Assembly (NCBI GenBank): GCA_001769275.1
Contig: MEOQ01000015.1
Span: 8,659 to 72,658 of the forward strand
Length of the DNA stretch: 64,000 nt
Origin: Bacteroidetes bacterium GWF2_43_63
GTDB taxonomy: Bacteria; Bacteroidota; Bacteroidia; Bacteroidales; DTU049
Direction: 5' to 3'
In this document: positions 8,971 to 18,823 of the stretch, one piece after another
How positions within the stretch are numbered: the stretch's first letter is position 1
How the letters are laid out: every line of letters starts with the position of its first letter
The notes under the pieces: generated by a model
What the model was told of the DNA's origin: nothing
The model's input: the letters and a program-made list of their open reading frames with translations, nothing else
Database searches by the model: none
Program-made: the position numbers and the translations under genes

Positions 8971-11535
8971 TTATCTGACAAGTGTAATATTACCGTGAAT
9001 CTCAGACTGCGAAGCATCGACAAAAGTTGCTTTCACATAAAAGACAAACACTCCCGGGTCGAGTTCATTTCCTTTGTAGGTTCCATCCCAGCCGTAATCC
9101 ATCGATGCGCTTTCGAAAATCTTTTCTCCCCAGCGGTCATAGATTATGAATGTCAGGTATTCAACACCTTCGCCGCGAACAAAGACTGCATCGTTGTTTC
9201 CGTCACCGTTGGGTGAAAAAATGTTGGGTACCCAAACATGAGGAATAAAGCACAAATCATCTGATTCAATGATACTGGCCTGACGAATCCAGCCACAGCT
9301 GTTTGCGTCGGTCACTGTAACGCTGAAAACTCCGGGAGTCAGTGCAACAATTGAGTCTGTATTTTCGCTGTTGCTCCACAAAACTGAGTAGGGCAATGTG
9401 CCACCGGAAATTTCAACCCAGGCCGCTCCATCGTTGAGATCTATACAGGTTTCATCGGTTGAGAAAATGTTTACAACAGGCGTTTCATAAATGGAAATGC
9501 TGGTCGTATCAGCATCGCCACATGATCCCGAAATGGTGTAAATAATTTCGTGATTGCCTTCGCCTGCCGTTGCCGGATTGAAAGTTCCTGCTGCAGCATT
9601 GGTTATTCCAGTGCCGCTCCAGGAGCCACCTGCATCGACGGAGGTCAGATTAAGCGCACTTTCATTATCACAGAAAGGACCTGCAGCACTTATTGTAGCA
9701 TTGGCAACAGCAATAACAGTTACCGGAATCGAGGCCGTATCGCCGCAAGCGCCAACAATTCCATAAGTGATTGAATGTGTGCCAACTCCTGCTGTAGCAG
9801 GATCAAATGTTCCTGTTGAAGTGTTCGTTATTCCGGTTCCGCTCCAAATACCACCTGCATCTGCAGCATTCATATTAATGGCAGCATCAAGTATACAGAA
9901 AGGACCTGCCGCAGCAATGGTCGCATCGGCGCTTTGTGTTACATTGATGGTGACAGTATCCGCATCGCCGCAATTGCCGGAGATATTATAAATAATTTCG
10001 TACGAACCGGCACCTGCTACTCCCGGATTGAATGTGCCATTTGTTGTATTGGTTATTCCAGTTCCGCTCCATAAGCCACCTGGATCACTTGCAGAAAGGT
10101 TTACAGCAGCATCGGCCGAACAAAAACCGGGTGCAGAAATGATGGTTGCGTCGGCCCAGGGCTGCACCGTTACCTGGATATTATCGGTTGCCGGACAAAG
10201 GCCACCATTGGTAACGGTAACTGAATAGTTTGCGCTTGAAGCAACCGTAATCGTTTGAGTGATTGCAAAATTCGACCAAAGATATCCGTTGCCGGATGTT
10301 CCGGCGTCAAGTATCAGTGATTCGCCCTGACAGATGGTAGTATCGGCTCCCAGATTGACAACCGGCACTGCAACAACATTAATATTAATGGCATCGGATG
10401 CGGTGCAGGTGCCTGCAGACACAGTGACACTGTAGGAAGCGCCGGTATTAACCGTAATTGACTGACTGCTGCTGCCCGTACTCCATGTGTAGGATGTAAA
10501 ACCGGGGCCGGCATTGAGTGTGACACTTGAACCACTGCAGATGGTAGAGTCATTGCCCAGATTGATTATTGGTGCACCGCGCGTGAGTCCGTAGGGCAGC
10601 TGACTGAAATTATTCCATCCAATTATGGCGGCGTGACTAAGCGGAATGCCAGAAACAATTGAAGCGCCAGCCATATTGTACCATTCTGTTGATGGTGCTG
10701 TGTACCAGTTTCCAAGACTTTCCCAGATGCCATCAGCTGTTTGGTCATAATAAACATTCATGTTTACAGCATCTGTACCTGCGGTTCGATTAATCTGATG
10801 ATAGAAAAACGGATTAACCAAACAAATGACTGCTTCTTTCATCGTGCGGTCATAGCCTTCAGAAGTTGCATCCAAATTGGCCATGCGAACAACATAGGTG
10901 TTTGCAGCTGCCGAAGCGGGGGTCAATTCAACAGGTCTGTAGCGGGTTGTTCCGGTACTGGAACCGACTGGAAATAAATAAGTAGCAGCCTGAGCTGTGT
11001 TTCGCGAAAGCAGACCGCCATTGTTGCTACTGACAAATCCCGTAGTTCGCTGAATGGCATTGGTAGCTGCATTGGTAACAAACATCGTATAAATATTGGT
11101 CGCCAGTTCCCGGTCATTCAGATTCAGCACCCCAGTTGTAGTCTGGTTTATGGTCTGTGTCTTTATCCCGGTACCAAGTAAAGTCAGATTGAAGAATGAT
11201 GTAGAAACGCTTCCAGAGAGGTTTTGAGCAGCACCTTCGAGCGATACCAGACCAGTGAAAGCGTTAAAAACACTGTTGTTGATCCAGTTGCCATTGAGAT
11301 GAATATTGCCATAACCATTTATTGTGGCGTTGTTCGTCAGGCTACCAGTGATGTACACATTGGCCGCAGACGCAGCAGCAACATTGATGGTTCCGGTTTG
11401 ATTCTGCAAGTCGCCATTCACTTGAACAACAGCGCCTGGATTCATTTGAACCGTAGAGCCACTGTTATAGAACAGCTGTGCAGATAACAACAATGGAATA
11501 AATACTACTATTATTAAAACAATAACTGTTCTCAT
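8971..11535 (-). CDS. T9SS type B sorting domain (gliding-motility-associated C-terminal domain) surface protein
   Basis: C-terminal signature VPNIFSPNGDGNNDAVFVRGEG...IYDRWGEKIFE...GWDGTYKG...GVFVFYV. It has an N-terminal signal peptide and internal Ig-like repeats. Confidence 0.9.
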   Translation of the reverse strand: MRTVIVLIIVVFIPLLLSAQLFYNSGSTVQMNPGAVVQVNGDLQNQTGTINVAAASAANVYITGSLTNNATINGYGNIHLNGNWINNSVFNAFTGLVSLEGAAQNLSGSVSTSFFNLTLLGTGIKTQTINQTTTGVLNLNDRELATNIYTMFVTNAATNAIQRTTGFVSSNNGGLLSRNTAQAATYLFPVGSSTGTTRYRPVELTPASAAANTYVVRMANLDATSEGYDRTMKEAVICLVNPFFYHQINRTAGTDAVNMNVYYDQTADGIWESLGNWYTAPSTEWYNMAGASIVSGIPLSHAAIIGWNNFSQLPYGLTRGAPIINLGNDSTICSGSSVTLNAGPGFTSYTWSTGSSSQSITVNTGASYSVTVSAGTCTASDAININVVAVPVVNLGADTTICQGESLILDAGTSGNGYLWSNFAITQTITVASSANYSVTVTNGGLCPATDNIQVTVQPWADATIISAPGFCSADAAVNLSASDPGGLWSGTGITNTTNGTFNPGVAGAGSYEIIYNISGNCGDADTVTINVTQSADATIAAAGPFCILDAAINMNAADAGGIWSGTGITNTSTGTFDPATAGVGTHSITYGIVGACGDTASIPVTVIAVANATISAAGPFCDNESALNLTSVDAGGSWSGTGITNAAAGTFNPATAGEGNHEIIYTISGSCGDADTTSISIYETPVVNIFSTDETCIDLNDGAAWVEISGGTLPYSVLWSNSENTDSIVALTPGVFSVTVTDANSCGWIRQASIIESDDLCFIPHVWVPNIFSPNGDGNNDAVFVRGEGVEYLTFIIYDRWGEKIFESASMDYGWDGTYKGNELDPGVFVFYVKATFVDASQSEIHGNITLVR
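9487..10155 (-). repeat. Three tandem ~75-aa (225-nt) coding repeats inside the type B CTD protein
   Basis: Residues ~461-535, 536-610 and 611-683 share A(D/N)ATI.A.GPFC...A.N....DAGG.WSGTGITN...GTF.P..AG.G.H.I.Y.I.G.CGD. They also produce the antisense ORFs at 9554-10228. Confidence 0.85.
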
Positions 11536-11541
11536 AACAGA

Positions 11542-13275
11542 CTATTTATTAATGTTTTGATTAATTCTTATATTATTCCGATCAATAGATTTAAATGATT
11601 GATCAAAGTCGTAAATAGTACTATGGGTTTCAATTTGAGGACTATTCATTAGAGTTCTCATTTCTTGTTTCTTTGCTTCGTCAATTTTCAACTGATTCAT
11701 GATTTCAGGACTGATTTCATAGTTTTCTTCCATTTCAGCAATTCTGCCTAAAGCCAGCCAGTTAAAATTCAATGACTGGTCTTTTGATACAATAGTAAAC
11801 CCTTTATTATCCTGAGACTTGATATAATAATCAGCGTCGGGCGACAATACAGTTATCATCACAATAGGATCTGCTACGAAAGAATTGTTGCTAAATTCCG
11901 AGGAATAATTAATTCTGGTTTCTCCTGATGACACGCTAATAGTACCGAATTCATTAACTTCCATATTTTTTTTAATACTACTTACTTCATTTGCAAGATA
12001 TTGAACACCTGCCAGTGTTAATGTCGACAAAGAATAAACATCAATGCCGCCGAAGGCATTATCCTGTAAATAATCTGGTGTTTCATCCAGAATTAATCCA
12101 ACATGGTAATTATAACGAGTTTTCTGTTCTTCACCATCAACGATTTCATTATTTTCGTTATTAAATTTATATAGACTTGGCTTCATTTTCATGATGTCTT
12201 CCATTGCAAAACTGTAAAGATCAGAGTCAAATGAAACTATATCTCGTTTCAATTCTCTTCTAGAAACAGCAGTAGCAGTTTGATAATAAAGAGCATACCA
12301 GTAAATAGTATTGGTTCCCAAAAACCCCCACCCGCCAAAGGATGGAGCCAAGGTTGGTTCATTGGCAATATTGTTCATGTGAATACTTTTTTGAGCTGCA
12401 TTACTGACGAAAAACACACTTGAGCCAGAAACATTCAAGCCTGGATTAATATTTGATGCACCATAGATTTCTGCGGCAGGATATGTAGAACCATATGTTT
12501 CAACAAGCAGGCCCGGCATGGAATTACCAACCCCCCAGACTCCAACAGCAGTGCTGCCAATTCCATTCCCGTATATACCAGCCCCTAATCCAGATGCAGT
12601 ATTAGATGTGTTTTCGCCCCAAACGCCAACACCAATACCAGTCCCGTCAAAATATCCACTCACTCCTGAGGGGAAATAGCTGGAGTTTGTGTTAGTCCCT
12701 AAGTGCTGACCTGAAACAGCAGCATATAAATTGGTACTTGCAGAATTTAAACCGAAAACCCCACCTCCATATATTCCAGAATGCTCAGCATTAAGTCCAG
12801 CTGTTGGATTTGTCGATGTACCATTTGCAATACTTATTTTAATTGCATTTGGAGTTGTTGTAGCAGGCACTCCTGATGTGACATTAACAGCTACACTTCC
12901 TGCATCAGCGGTGATGCTTCTCCCAACTCCGTTACCACCACAGTCATAAGCTCCATCGAGTGTTACACAAGTCGGCGCACTGGCAGCTCCAACCTGCACC
13001 CATTGAGATCCGTCCCAGTAATAGAAACCTGCCGTCATGGCTCCACCAGTATTAAAAACCAGCAGACCTGTAGCTGGTCCGGCAACGGGTGTTGTACCGT
13101 TTGTGGCTGCAACCAGAGTTACTCTGGGGATCAGCAGACCTTTGTCGGTTGCAGTCAGATCAAGCAGTGCTGATGCGACCGGAGTGGTTGTCCCTATCCC
13201 GACATTATTCTGTGCTTTAGCAGAAATAAGCGACAAAGTGCTGAAAATCAAGCTGAGAAGGAAAATTCGTTTCAT
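11542..13275 (-). CDS. Tail-fibre-domain protein with a peptidase S74 / intramolecular-chaperone-like domain (cellular, secreted)
   Basis: Signal peptide and the N-terminal motif QNNVGIGTTTP. A Gly-rich central region. S74-like segment SRRELKRDIVSFDSDLYSFAMEDIMKMKPSLYKF...YHVGLILDETPDYLQ...IDVYSLSTLTLAGVQYL. Confidence 0.7.
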   Translation of the reverse strand: MKRIFLLSLIFSTLSLISAKAQNNVGIGTTTPVASALLDLTATDKGLLIPRVTLVAATNGTTPVAGPATGLLVFNTGGAMTAGFYYWDGSQWVQVGAASAPTCVTLDGAYDCGGNGVGRSITADAGSVAVNVTSGVPATTTPNAIKISIANGTSTNPTAGLNAEHSGIYGGGVFGLNSASTNLYAAVSGQHLGTNTNSSYFPSGVSGYFDGTGIGVGVWGENTSNTASGLGAGIYGNGIGSTAVGVWGVGNSMPGLLVETYGSTYPAAEIYGASNINPGLNVSGSSVFFVSNAAQKSIHMNNIANEPTLAPSFGGWGFLGTNTIYWYALYYQTATAVSRRELKRDIVSFDSDLYSFAMEDIMKMKPSLYKFNNENNEIVDGEEQKTRYNYHVGLILDETPDYLQDNAFGGIDVYSLSTLTLAGVQYLANEVSSIKKNMEVNEFGTISVSSGETRINYSSEFSNNSFVADPIVMITVLSPDADYYIKSQDNKGFTIVSKDQSLNFNWLALGRIAEMEENYEISPEIMNQLKIDEAKKQEMRTLMNSPQIETHSTIYDFDQSFKSIDRNNIRINQNINK

Positions 13276-13531
13276 AAATTATTTTTTTTGCTAAGATAAC
13301 AACTAATGAAACCCATGTCAATCTGATATTCAATAATTCATAAATTTGCCATCGAAATGGGGTTAACAATTGGTTATCTCTGTGTTTAAACAGCATGTAA
13401 GAGGAATACCTGATTTTTGAATTCATCGATTATATTTCAGAATTAAAGGGATTTCACTTTATATTGATTGACCAAATTTGATAACCGAAATAATTTTCCA
13501 GCCATTGGGCTCGTAAGCAAAGAAAAAACAA

Positions 13532-14869
13532 ATGAAAACACTGACTTTTGTTTTTGCATTTATTCTCATACTTAATTGTCAGGCACAAACTGACAGCATT
13601 CGTCATGAAAAAAATGACACCATCAAAGGCATGCGCTGGGCATTCCTGCCAGTTGCTGCTTTCGATTCAGATCTTGGATTGAAATACGGAGCCATTGTAA
13701 CTGCTTATCAGTTTGGCGATGGATTGTTGTATCCGGACTATATTTACAACATCAGTTACGAATTTGACCGCACTACCAAAGGGGCTGTTAGTAGTCAATT
13801 GTTTTTCGACAGCGGTAAATTGATGAAGCGCGGCAAGCATAGAATTGTAGCTGATTTCAGCATTATTCATGAACAAGCTACTGACTTCTACGGCTTTAAC
13901 GGTTCTGCATCGACTTATACAAATGCATTTGAAGATGAAAATTCGGACCGGTACATTAGCCGTATGTATTATAAGTTCGATCGCAATTTACTGCGACTCA
14001 CTGCCGACTGGCACGAACAGCTGAACGACAACTGGGTTGTTTTTGGTGGTATTCATCATTACGGTTACAAGCAAAAATCGGTTGACATTGACAAACTGAA
14101 TAAGGGCAAAGATGCAGTTGATATGTTGCCGGACACAATCACCTTGTTTGATTATTATTCCGAAGTTGGCGTGATTGATTCAGTTCAGGCCGACGGGGGC
14201 AATGTCACTGCAATCCGCGCCGGCATTGTGTTTGACACGCGCGACGTACAGTTCAATCCTACAAAAGGTCATTGGCTCGAAGCATTGATTGCAGTAAGTC
14301 CGAAGCTTCCATGGGTTGAGTCGCCTTTTGTAAAAGCATCGGTGATTTTGCGGAACTATTTACCATTGTACGGCAAAAAGCTGACACTGGCTTCGCGACT
14401 GGCCTGGCAGGATGCATTGGGCAAGCAGGCCCCGTTTTATTATATGTCGTATGTCTCGCAGTCGTTTTGCAACAACACCATCGCAGAAGGACTTGGCGGT
14501 GCAAAAACATTGCGGGGCGTGTTGCGCAACCGCATCTGGGCGGATGGATTTTTTTACGGGAATGTTGAATTGCGCTGGAGCGTGGCCAATTTCAGAGCCA
14601 TTAATCAGAAAATTGAAATAAAACTGAGTCCGTTCTACGATTTTGGAATGGTGACCGATCCGGTTAATTTTTCATTACCGGAATTGATGTTGAATAATTA
14701 TCCACCTTTGTCACTCACAACTACAAAAGACACCTGGCATCATGGAACCGGAGCAGGTGTGCATTTCATCATGAACGACAATTTTATTCTGTCGGTTGAT
14801 TATGGCTTCAGCCTGAAATCAAATGACGGCAGCAAAGGATTGTATCTGGGAACGGGATTTTTGTTTTGA
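13532..14869 (+). CDS. Omp85/BamA-family outer-membrane beta-barrel protein (surface antigen domain)
   Basis: Signal peptide, the motif FDTRDVQFNPTKGHWLE typical of the bacterial surface antigen domain, and a C-terminal GLYLGTGFLF. Confidence 0.7.
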   Translation: MKTLTFVFAFILILNCQAQTDSIRHEKNDTIKGMRWAFLPVAAFDSDLGLKYGAIVTAYQFGDGLLYPDYIYNISYEFDRTTKGAVSSQLFFDSGKLMKRGKHRIVADFSIIHEQATDFYGFNGSASTYTNAFEDENSDRYISRMYYKFDRNLLRLTADWHEQLNDNWVVFGGIHHYGYKQKSVDIDKLNKGKDAVDMLPDTITLFDYYSEVGVIDSVQADGGNVTAIRAGIVFDTRDVQFNPTKGHWLEALIAVSPKLPWVESPFVKASVILRNYLPLYGKKLTLASRLAWQDALGKQAPFYYMSYVSQSFCNNTIAEGLGGAKTLRGVLRNRIWADGFFYGNVELRWSVANFRAINQKIEIKLSPFYDFGMVTDPVNFSLPELMLNNYPPLSLTTTKDTWHHGTGAGVHFIMNDNFILSVDYGFSLKSNDGSKGLYLGTGFLF

Positions 14870-14970
14870 AACAGCTTTCAGCTCTGGGCCTGAGCTGAGG
14901 GGGAAGCAATGTCACGGATGACATATCCGCGCCATTGCAAAGAGTGTACTTCTTCAACGCACTCAGGTCG

Positions 14971-15217
14971 CTTCACGTGAAACGTGACACAGTCGCGACG
15001 CAGAGAGGTTAAAGAAGGGGGCTGTTTCTCATTAGGTTAAGCAGCTTTCAGCTGAAAGTGCTGAAGTAGTTAGATGTCATATATATTGCCGCAATTATTC
15101 CCACATTCGCGAAGCGTCATATTTTCGCATCATCGTATTATCGCATCATCGCTACAGTATTTTTATTGTCACTCGTATTCACACATTATGCGACCGTGTC
15201 ACGTCTCACGTGAAGCA
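14971..15217. repeat. Inverted-repeat-bounded intergenic element (~247 bp), MITE-like
   Basis: cttcacgtgaaacgtgacac (14971-14990) pairs with gtgtcacgtctcacgtgaagca (15196-15217) as inverted copies. The same ACGTGAA hairpin module recurs near 33375-33430, 38910-38957 and 39165-39190. Confidence 0.6.
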
Positions 15218-15275
15218 TCACATGAACGAAGTGGAATTTAATCCGCAGAAGGCGGATCATTTCCACATCTGCTTA

Positions 15276-16253
15276 TCAGCATTCAATTGAGAAAATATCC
15301 GAAACGACTTCTTCGTACTCATCAAAAGTTTTTGTCTTTTTGATTTTTTTCAAAACCTTGTGCGGATCATTGAAAGATTTGGAAAAATAGTCCCAATATT
15401 CTTTCATAAAGCCAATTGCTGAGAGTTGGTCGTTCATTTGTTTACGATAGCTCAGATACAATTCTTCAACAAAATTGCGAAGATGTTTCTTCTGATCCAC
15501 GGGCAAAGACAGTCCTTTGATTCTGGCTGGTAGAAATGGATCCGACAAAAGACCACGGCCAATCATCCAGGTATTGATATCAGGAAACTGACTTTCAGCA
15601 GCATTAAAATCGTCGGTTGTAAAAATATCGCCATTATATACAAGCGGCGTTTGGAGCTGATTTGCGACATGTCCAAACTTTTCTTTATCAACACTACCTT
15701 TATATAATTGTTTTCCTAGGCGCGGATGAATGATGAGTTCTTTCAAAGGAAACCGGTTGAAAACCGGCACCAGTTCATCGATTTCATCAGATGAAAAATA
15801 TCCGAGACGACATTTAATTGAAAATGGGATATGTATTTTATTAAAAATATTTTCAAGAATTTCACTCACCATTGCCGGGTAGGGAAGCAATCCGGAGCCG
15901 CGTTTTTTGCTGGCTACCTGCGGAAAAGGACAACCCATATTCCAGTTCAGTTCGGTAAATCCAAGTTGCTCAATATGATTTGCGAAGCGAATTATTTCAT
16001 CGGCATCTTTACTTAAAATCTGCGGTATGACCGGAATTCCGTTTTCGGAAACAAAGTTCAGCTCGTTGATTTTTCGCGATGGAAGTTTCTTTTCGTTATT
16101 GATGCTGGTAAAATAAGGCGTATAAAATGCATCGATTCCGGAAAAATGTTTTGCGTAGCATGACCGAAACACCTGACCGGTAATGCCCTGGAAGGGAGCG
16201 AGGTATATTTTAATTTCATTTTGAATCATACGCCTGATAATAGTTGATTTCAT
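15276..16253 (-). CDS. tRNA-dihydrouridine synthase family protein
   Basis: 325 aa. Dus-like motifs are LAPFQGITG, ELNWNMGCP and a TIM-barrel pattern. Confidence 0.75.
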   Translation of the reverse strand: MKSTIIRRMIQNEIKIYLAPFQGITGQVFRSCYAKHFSGIDAFYTPYFTSINNEKKLPSRKINELNFVSENGIPVIPQILSKDADEIIRFANHIEQLGFTELNWNMGCPFPQVASKKRGSGLLPYPAMVSEILENIFNKIHIPFSIKCRLGYFSSDEIDELVPVFNRFPLKELIIHPRLGKQLYKGSVDKEKFGHVANQLQTPLVYNGDIFTTDDFNAAESQFPDINTWMIGRGLLSDPFLPARIKGLSLPVDQKKHLRNFVEELYLSYRKQMNDQLSAIGFMKEYWDYFSKSFNDPHKVLKKIKKTKTFDEYEEVVSDIFSIEC

Positions 16254-16285
16254 GTATAGGCATTACGTGTAATGCCTCTGCATAA

Positions 16286-16684
16286 TCAATCAATATTTAC
16301 ATCCGCAAAAGCAATGATATAACCGTCCGGATCGGCAACATAGCCTGCGCGGTGATTCCAGTCGCGGGCGCTGACTTCGCTGATGACTGGTGCACCAATG
16401 AATTCGGCATATTTGATTGCTTCATCAGCATCATCGACCATCAGATACAATTCAGCTCCGGGAAAATTATCTTTCTGCAAACCAGCAATGGCAGGGCCGA
16501 GCAGACGTTTGATTCCCTGCACAGGCATGAGTCCGAGTTTGCAATTTTCGCCGAGGCGGAATTCGGTCATTCCCTGAACATCGAGTATTGGATCGGCCTG
16601 CAGCAATGCCTTGTAAAAATCGCGGCTTTTGTATTGGTCCTCGACATAGAGGATGATTTGGGTTTCTTTGATTTTCATAGACAA
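16286..16684 (-). CDS. VOC/glyoxalase-family protein
   Basis: 132 aa with glyoxalase-like beta-alpha-beta pattern (ILYVEDQYKSRDFY...GYIIAF). Confidence 0.55.
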   Translation of the reverse strand: MSMKIKETQIILYVEDQYKSRDFYKALLQADPILDVQGMTEFRLGENCKLGLMPVQGIKRLLGPAIAGLQKDNFPGAELYLMVDDADEAIKYAEFIGAPVISEVSARDWNHRAGYVADPDGYIIAFADVNID

Positions 16685-16690
16685 CTATTT

Positions 16691-17116
16691 TTATTTCAAT
16701 GGGAACGAAATTTTCCACTGAATGCCAAATTTGTCGGTAAAAGCGCCATACAGGTCGCCCCAGAACATGGCTTCCAGCGCTTGCTGCACTGTGCCTCCGA
16801 CAGATAGTTGTTCAAAAATTCGTCTGGCTTCCGTTTCGCTGTCGGGCGAAATCATGATGGACATATTGGTTCCAATTACCACTTCTTTTCCTCCGAAAAA
16901 ATGCGCAGCGTCATCGCCCATGAGCATGGTGTCGCCACCAATTGGTAGTCCGACATGCATTACTTTGTTTGCAACTTCAGCTGACAATGGTTCTTTCGCA
17001 GGCATGTCGCCGTAATGACCAAGATAATTGAATTCGCCACCGAAAACAGATTTATAAAAGGTGAAAGCGTCTTCGCAGTTTCCGTTGAACGTGAGATAGA
17101 TGTTGGTTGTTGTCAT
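16691..17116 (-). CDS. VOC-family protein, PhnB-like
   Basis: The N-terminus IYLTFNGNCEDAFTFYKSVFGGEF and the C-terminus FTDKFGIQW are typical of the PhnB/3-demethylubiquinone methyltransferase-like domain. Confidence 0.7.
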   Translation of the reverse strand: MTTTNIYLTFNGNCEDAFTFYKSVFGGEFNYLGHYGDMPAKEPLSAEVANKVMHVGLPIGGDTMLMGDDAAHFFGGKEVVIGTNMSIMISPDSETEARRIFEQLSVGGTVQQALEAMFWGDLYGAFTDKFGIQWKISFPLK

Positions 17117-17136
17117 AGAAAGCTGATTTTGATGGA

Positions 17137-17589
17137 TCAGTGTTTTGATTGTTCAATTTTTGCATGATCGTCGAGATACAGTGGCAGAGCGGCAGAGCCA
17201 TACCATTGAAATATTTCAGCTTCAAAAATTTCCTCCCGGATGGTTGGATCGTTCTGAAGCATTTGCAGAACCTCTTCTTCCGATGTTGTGTTGAAAATAA
17301 ACAGGCCTCTGAATTTTTGATCGTTTTTAGCAAAAGGCCCGGCGACAATCAGTTTCCCTTCGGCAGAAAGCCGGTTGATGTTTTCCATGTGACCGTTGAA
17401 TAATTCATTCAGACGAACAGAATCGGTAATGACAGTCGGTCCGGTTTTCAAGATCACGAAAGTGTACATTTTCATTCCGTACTCATCGGCACCCAGACTA
17501 TCGGCCAGCGCTTTGTCGTATTCCTGTGCTTTTGTAAAAACAGAAGACAACAATAAGCAGAAAAGCAAAAACAGATTTTTAATTTTCAT
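17137..17589 (-). CDS. YciI-like protein with N-terminal signal peptide
   Basis: I chose the start at the internal ATG (17587-17589, MKIKNLFLLFCLLL...AQ), which gives a signal peptide and removes the overlap with the upstream gene. YciI-like segment: HMENINRLSAEGKLIVAGPF. Confidence 0.6.
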   Translation of the reverse strand: MKIKNLFLLFCLLLSSVFTKAQEYDKALADSLGADEYGMKMYTFVILKTGPTVITDSVRLNELFNGHMENINRLSAEGKLIVAGPFAKNDQKFRGLFIFNTTSEEEVLQMLQNDPTIREEIFEAEIFQWYGSAALPLYLDDHAKIEQSKH

Positions 17590-17590
17590 T

Positions 17591-18823
17591 TCAAAATTTA
17601 TAAATTGCACAGAGCAATGCACGAATATTAGCTACATCATTGGTGTTGGTGACTTTTCCAGAAACCTGCGTTGTCCCATATTGTGCAACGGTATATTCAA
17701 TTTCGGCGCCCAGCGTGAGTTTCTCAATTGTGCAGGAAACGCGCGGCGATACTCTGTAAAGAATATCAATATTACTGCCTCTGGCATAGATTGCACCACC
17801 ATTGATGTTTTCATCAGCGCCCAGATTTTTGCTTAACCCAATCAGCACCCCATATTTCCATTTTGGGCCATTGGTGCCAAAATCGAAAAATCCGGCAGCT
17901 GTAGTCAGATTTGTGTATGCTTTATATTCGCGCAAAGTATCAGTAATTTCCGAAACAGAATAACCGCCAAGCATGAGTAAATCGGTACCATTCTGGGCAT
18001 ACGTGGCCATCAAACTCGTCGTAATTTTTTCCGATTTGAATTTCACCCAGCCAAAACCCGCATAACTACTAATTGTGGCATCGGTAGAATAATTGGCTGC
18101 CGTTTTAATTTCAGGGCGCAATGTTTTGAAATCGGCTCCCAGACCGAATTGCAGTTTTTCGTTCAATGTTGCAACTGTTTTTAGATTTAATCCAGGCAGA
18201 CCGCTGTTGCGCATATATTTTGTGCTGGAGCCATCAGGTCCGGAGCTTGCAATATCGCGCTGCATCCAGGCTGTGGCATAGGTAGTGAATTTTCCGGTTT
18301 TGTAAGCAAAGCGAATCTGATTGTTGCGGCTGAAAGGAACAAAAGGAGAACCGGTGTTTACGCTCAGTGTCTGCGCAAATGCCTCAACCGGAAACATGGG
18401 GTGCCATGTCTGGCCAATAAGCATTTCTGATTTCTCCCAGTTCAGTTTCACATATCCGTGACGAAGGCGGAATCCGCTGATATCGGCATCGCTGGTACCA
18501 TAAAATTCAGTTTCAACGAGTCCTGACGTTTTTGCACCAAAGGCATCGGGGCCAGTGATATTGCCCGTTAATCGAGTTTGAATGCTCAGAATATTAAATG
18601 ATGGATTATCGTTCAGGTCGTTTGAATCGGCATCATACAAAACATTATCGGGAAAAAGAAAAAAGTGACCTTCCCGCAAACCATTGGCAGCAGAGCTTTG
18701 GCGGGTGTCGTAGAAAGCATCGGTTTTTACATAGCCGCTTAACTTGACACCGAATTTCTTTTCCTGAGCCGACGCCAGCAATGAAATGAAACTGAGTATA
18801 ACAACAAATGAAATTTTATTCAT
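17591..18823 (-). CDS. Putative outer-membrane porin (beta-barrel)
   Basis: Signal peptide ending ASAQE, alternating beta-strand pattern, and a C-terminal ...CAIYKF with terminal Phe. Confidence 0.55.
   Translation of the reverse strand: MNKISFVVILSFISLLASAQEKKFGVKLSGYVKTDAFYDTRQSSAANGLREGHFFLFPDNVLYDADSNDLNDNPSFNILSIQTRLTGNITGPDAFGAKTSGLVETEFYGTSDADISGFRLRHGYVKLNWEKSEMLIGQTWHPMFPVEAFAQTLSVNTGSPFVPFSRNNQIRFAYKTGKFTTYATAWMQRDIASSGPDGSSTKYMRNSGLPGLNLKTVATLNEKLQFGLGADFKTLRPEIKTAANYSTDATISSYAGFGWVKFKSEKITTSLMATYAQNGTDLLMLGGYSVSEITDTLREYKAYTNLTTAAGFFDFGTNGPKWKYGVLIGLSKNLGADENINGGAIYARGSNIDILYRVSPRVSCTIEKLTLGAEIEYTVAQYGTTQVSGKVTNTNDVANIRALLCAIYKF

Noticed and set aside
11542-13275. The tail-fibre domain protein as evidence of a prophage.
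   Set aside because: There are no capsid, terminase, portal, integrase or lysis genes nearby. The gene has a signal peptide and sits in an operon-like arrangement with T9SS components.
14971-15217. The inverted-repeat-bounded segments (also 31506-31774) interpreted as Bacteroides-style invertible promoters (phase variation).
   Set aside because: Both lie at gene 3' ends or between convergent genes, so there is no downstream gene to drive. No site-specific recombinase gene is in the window.
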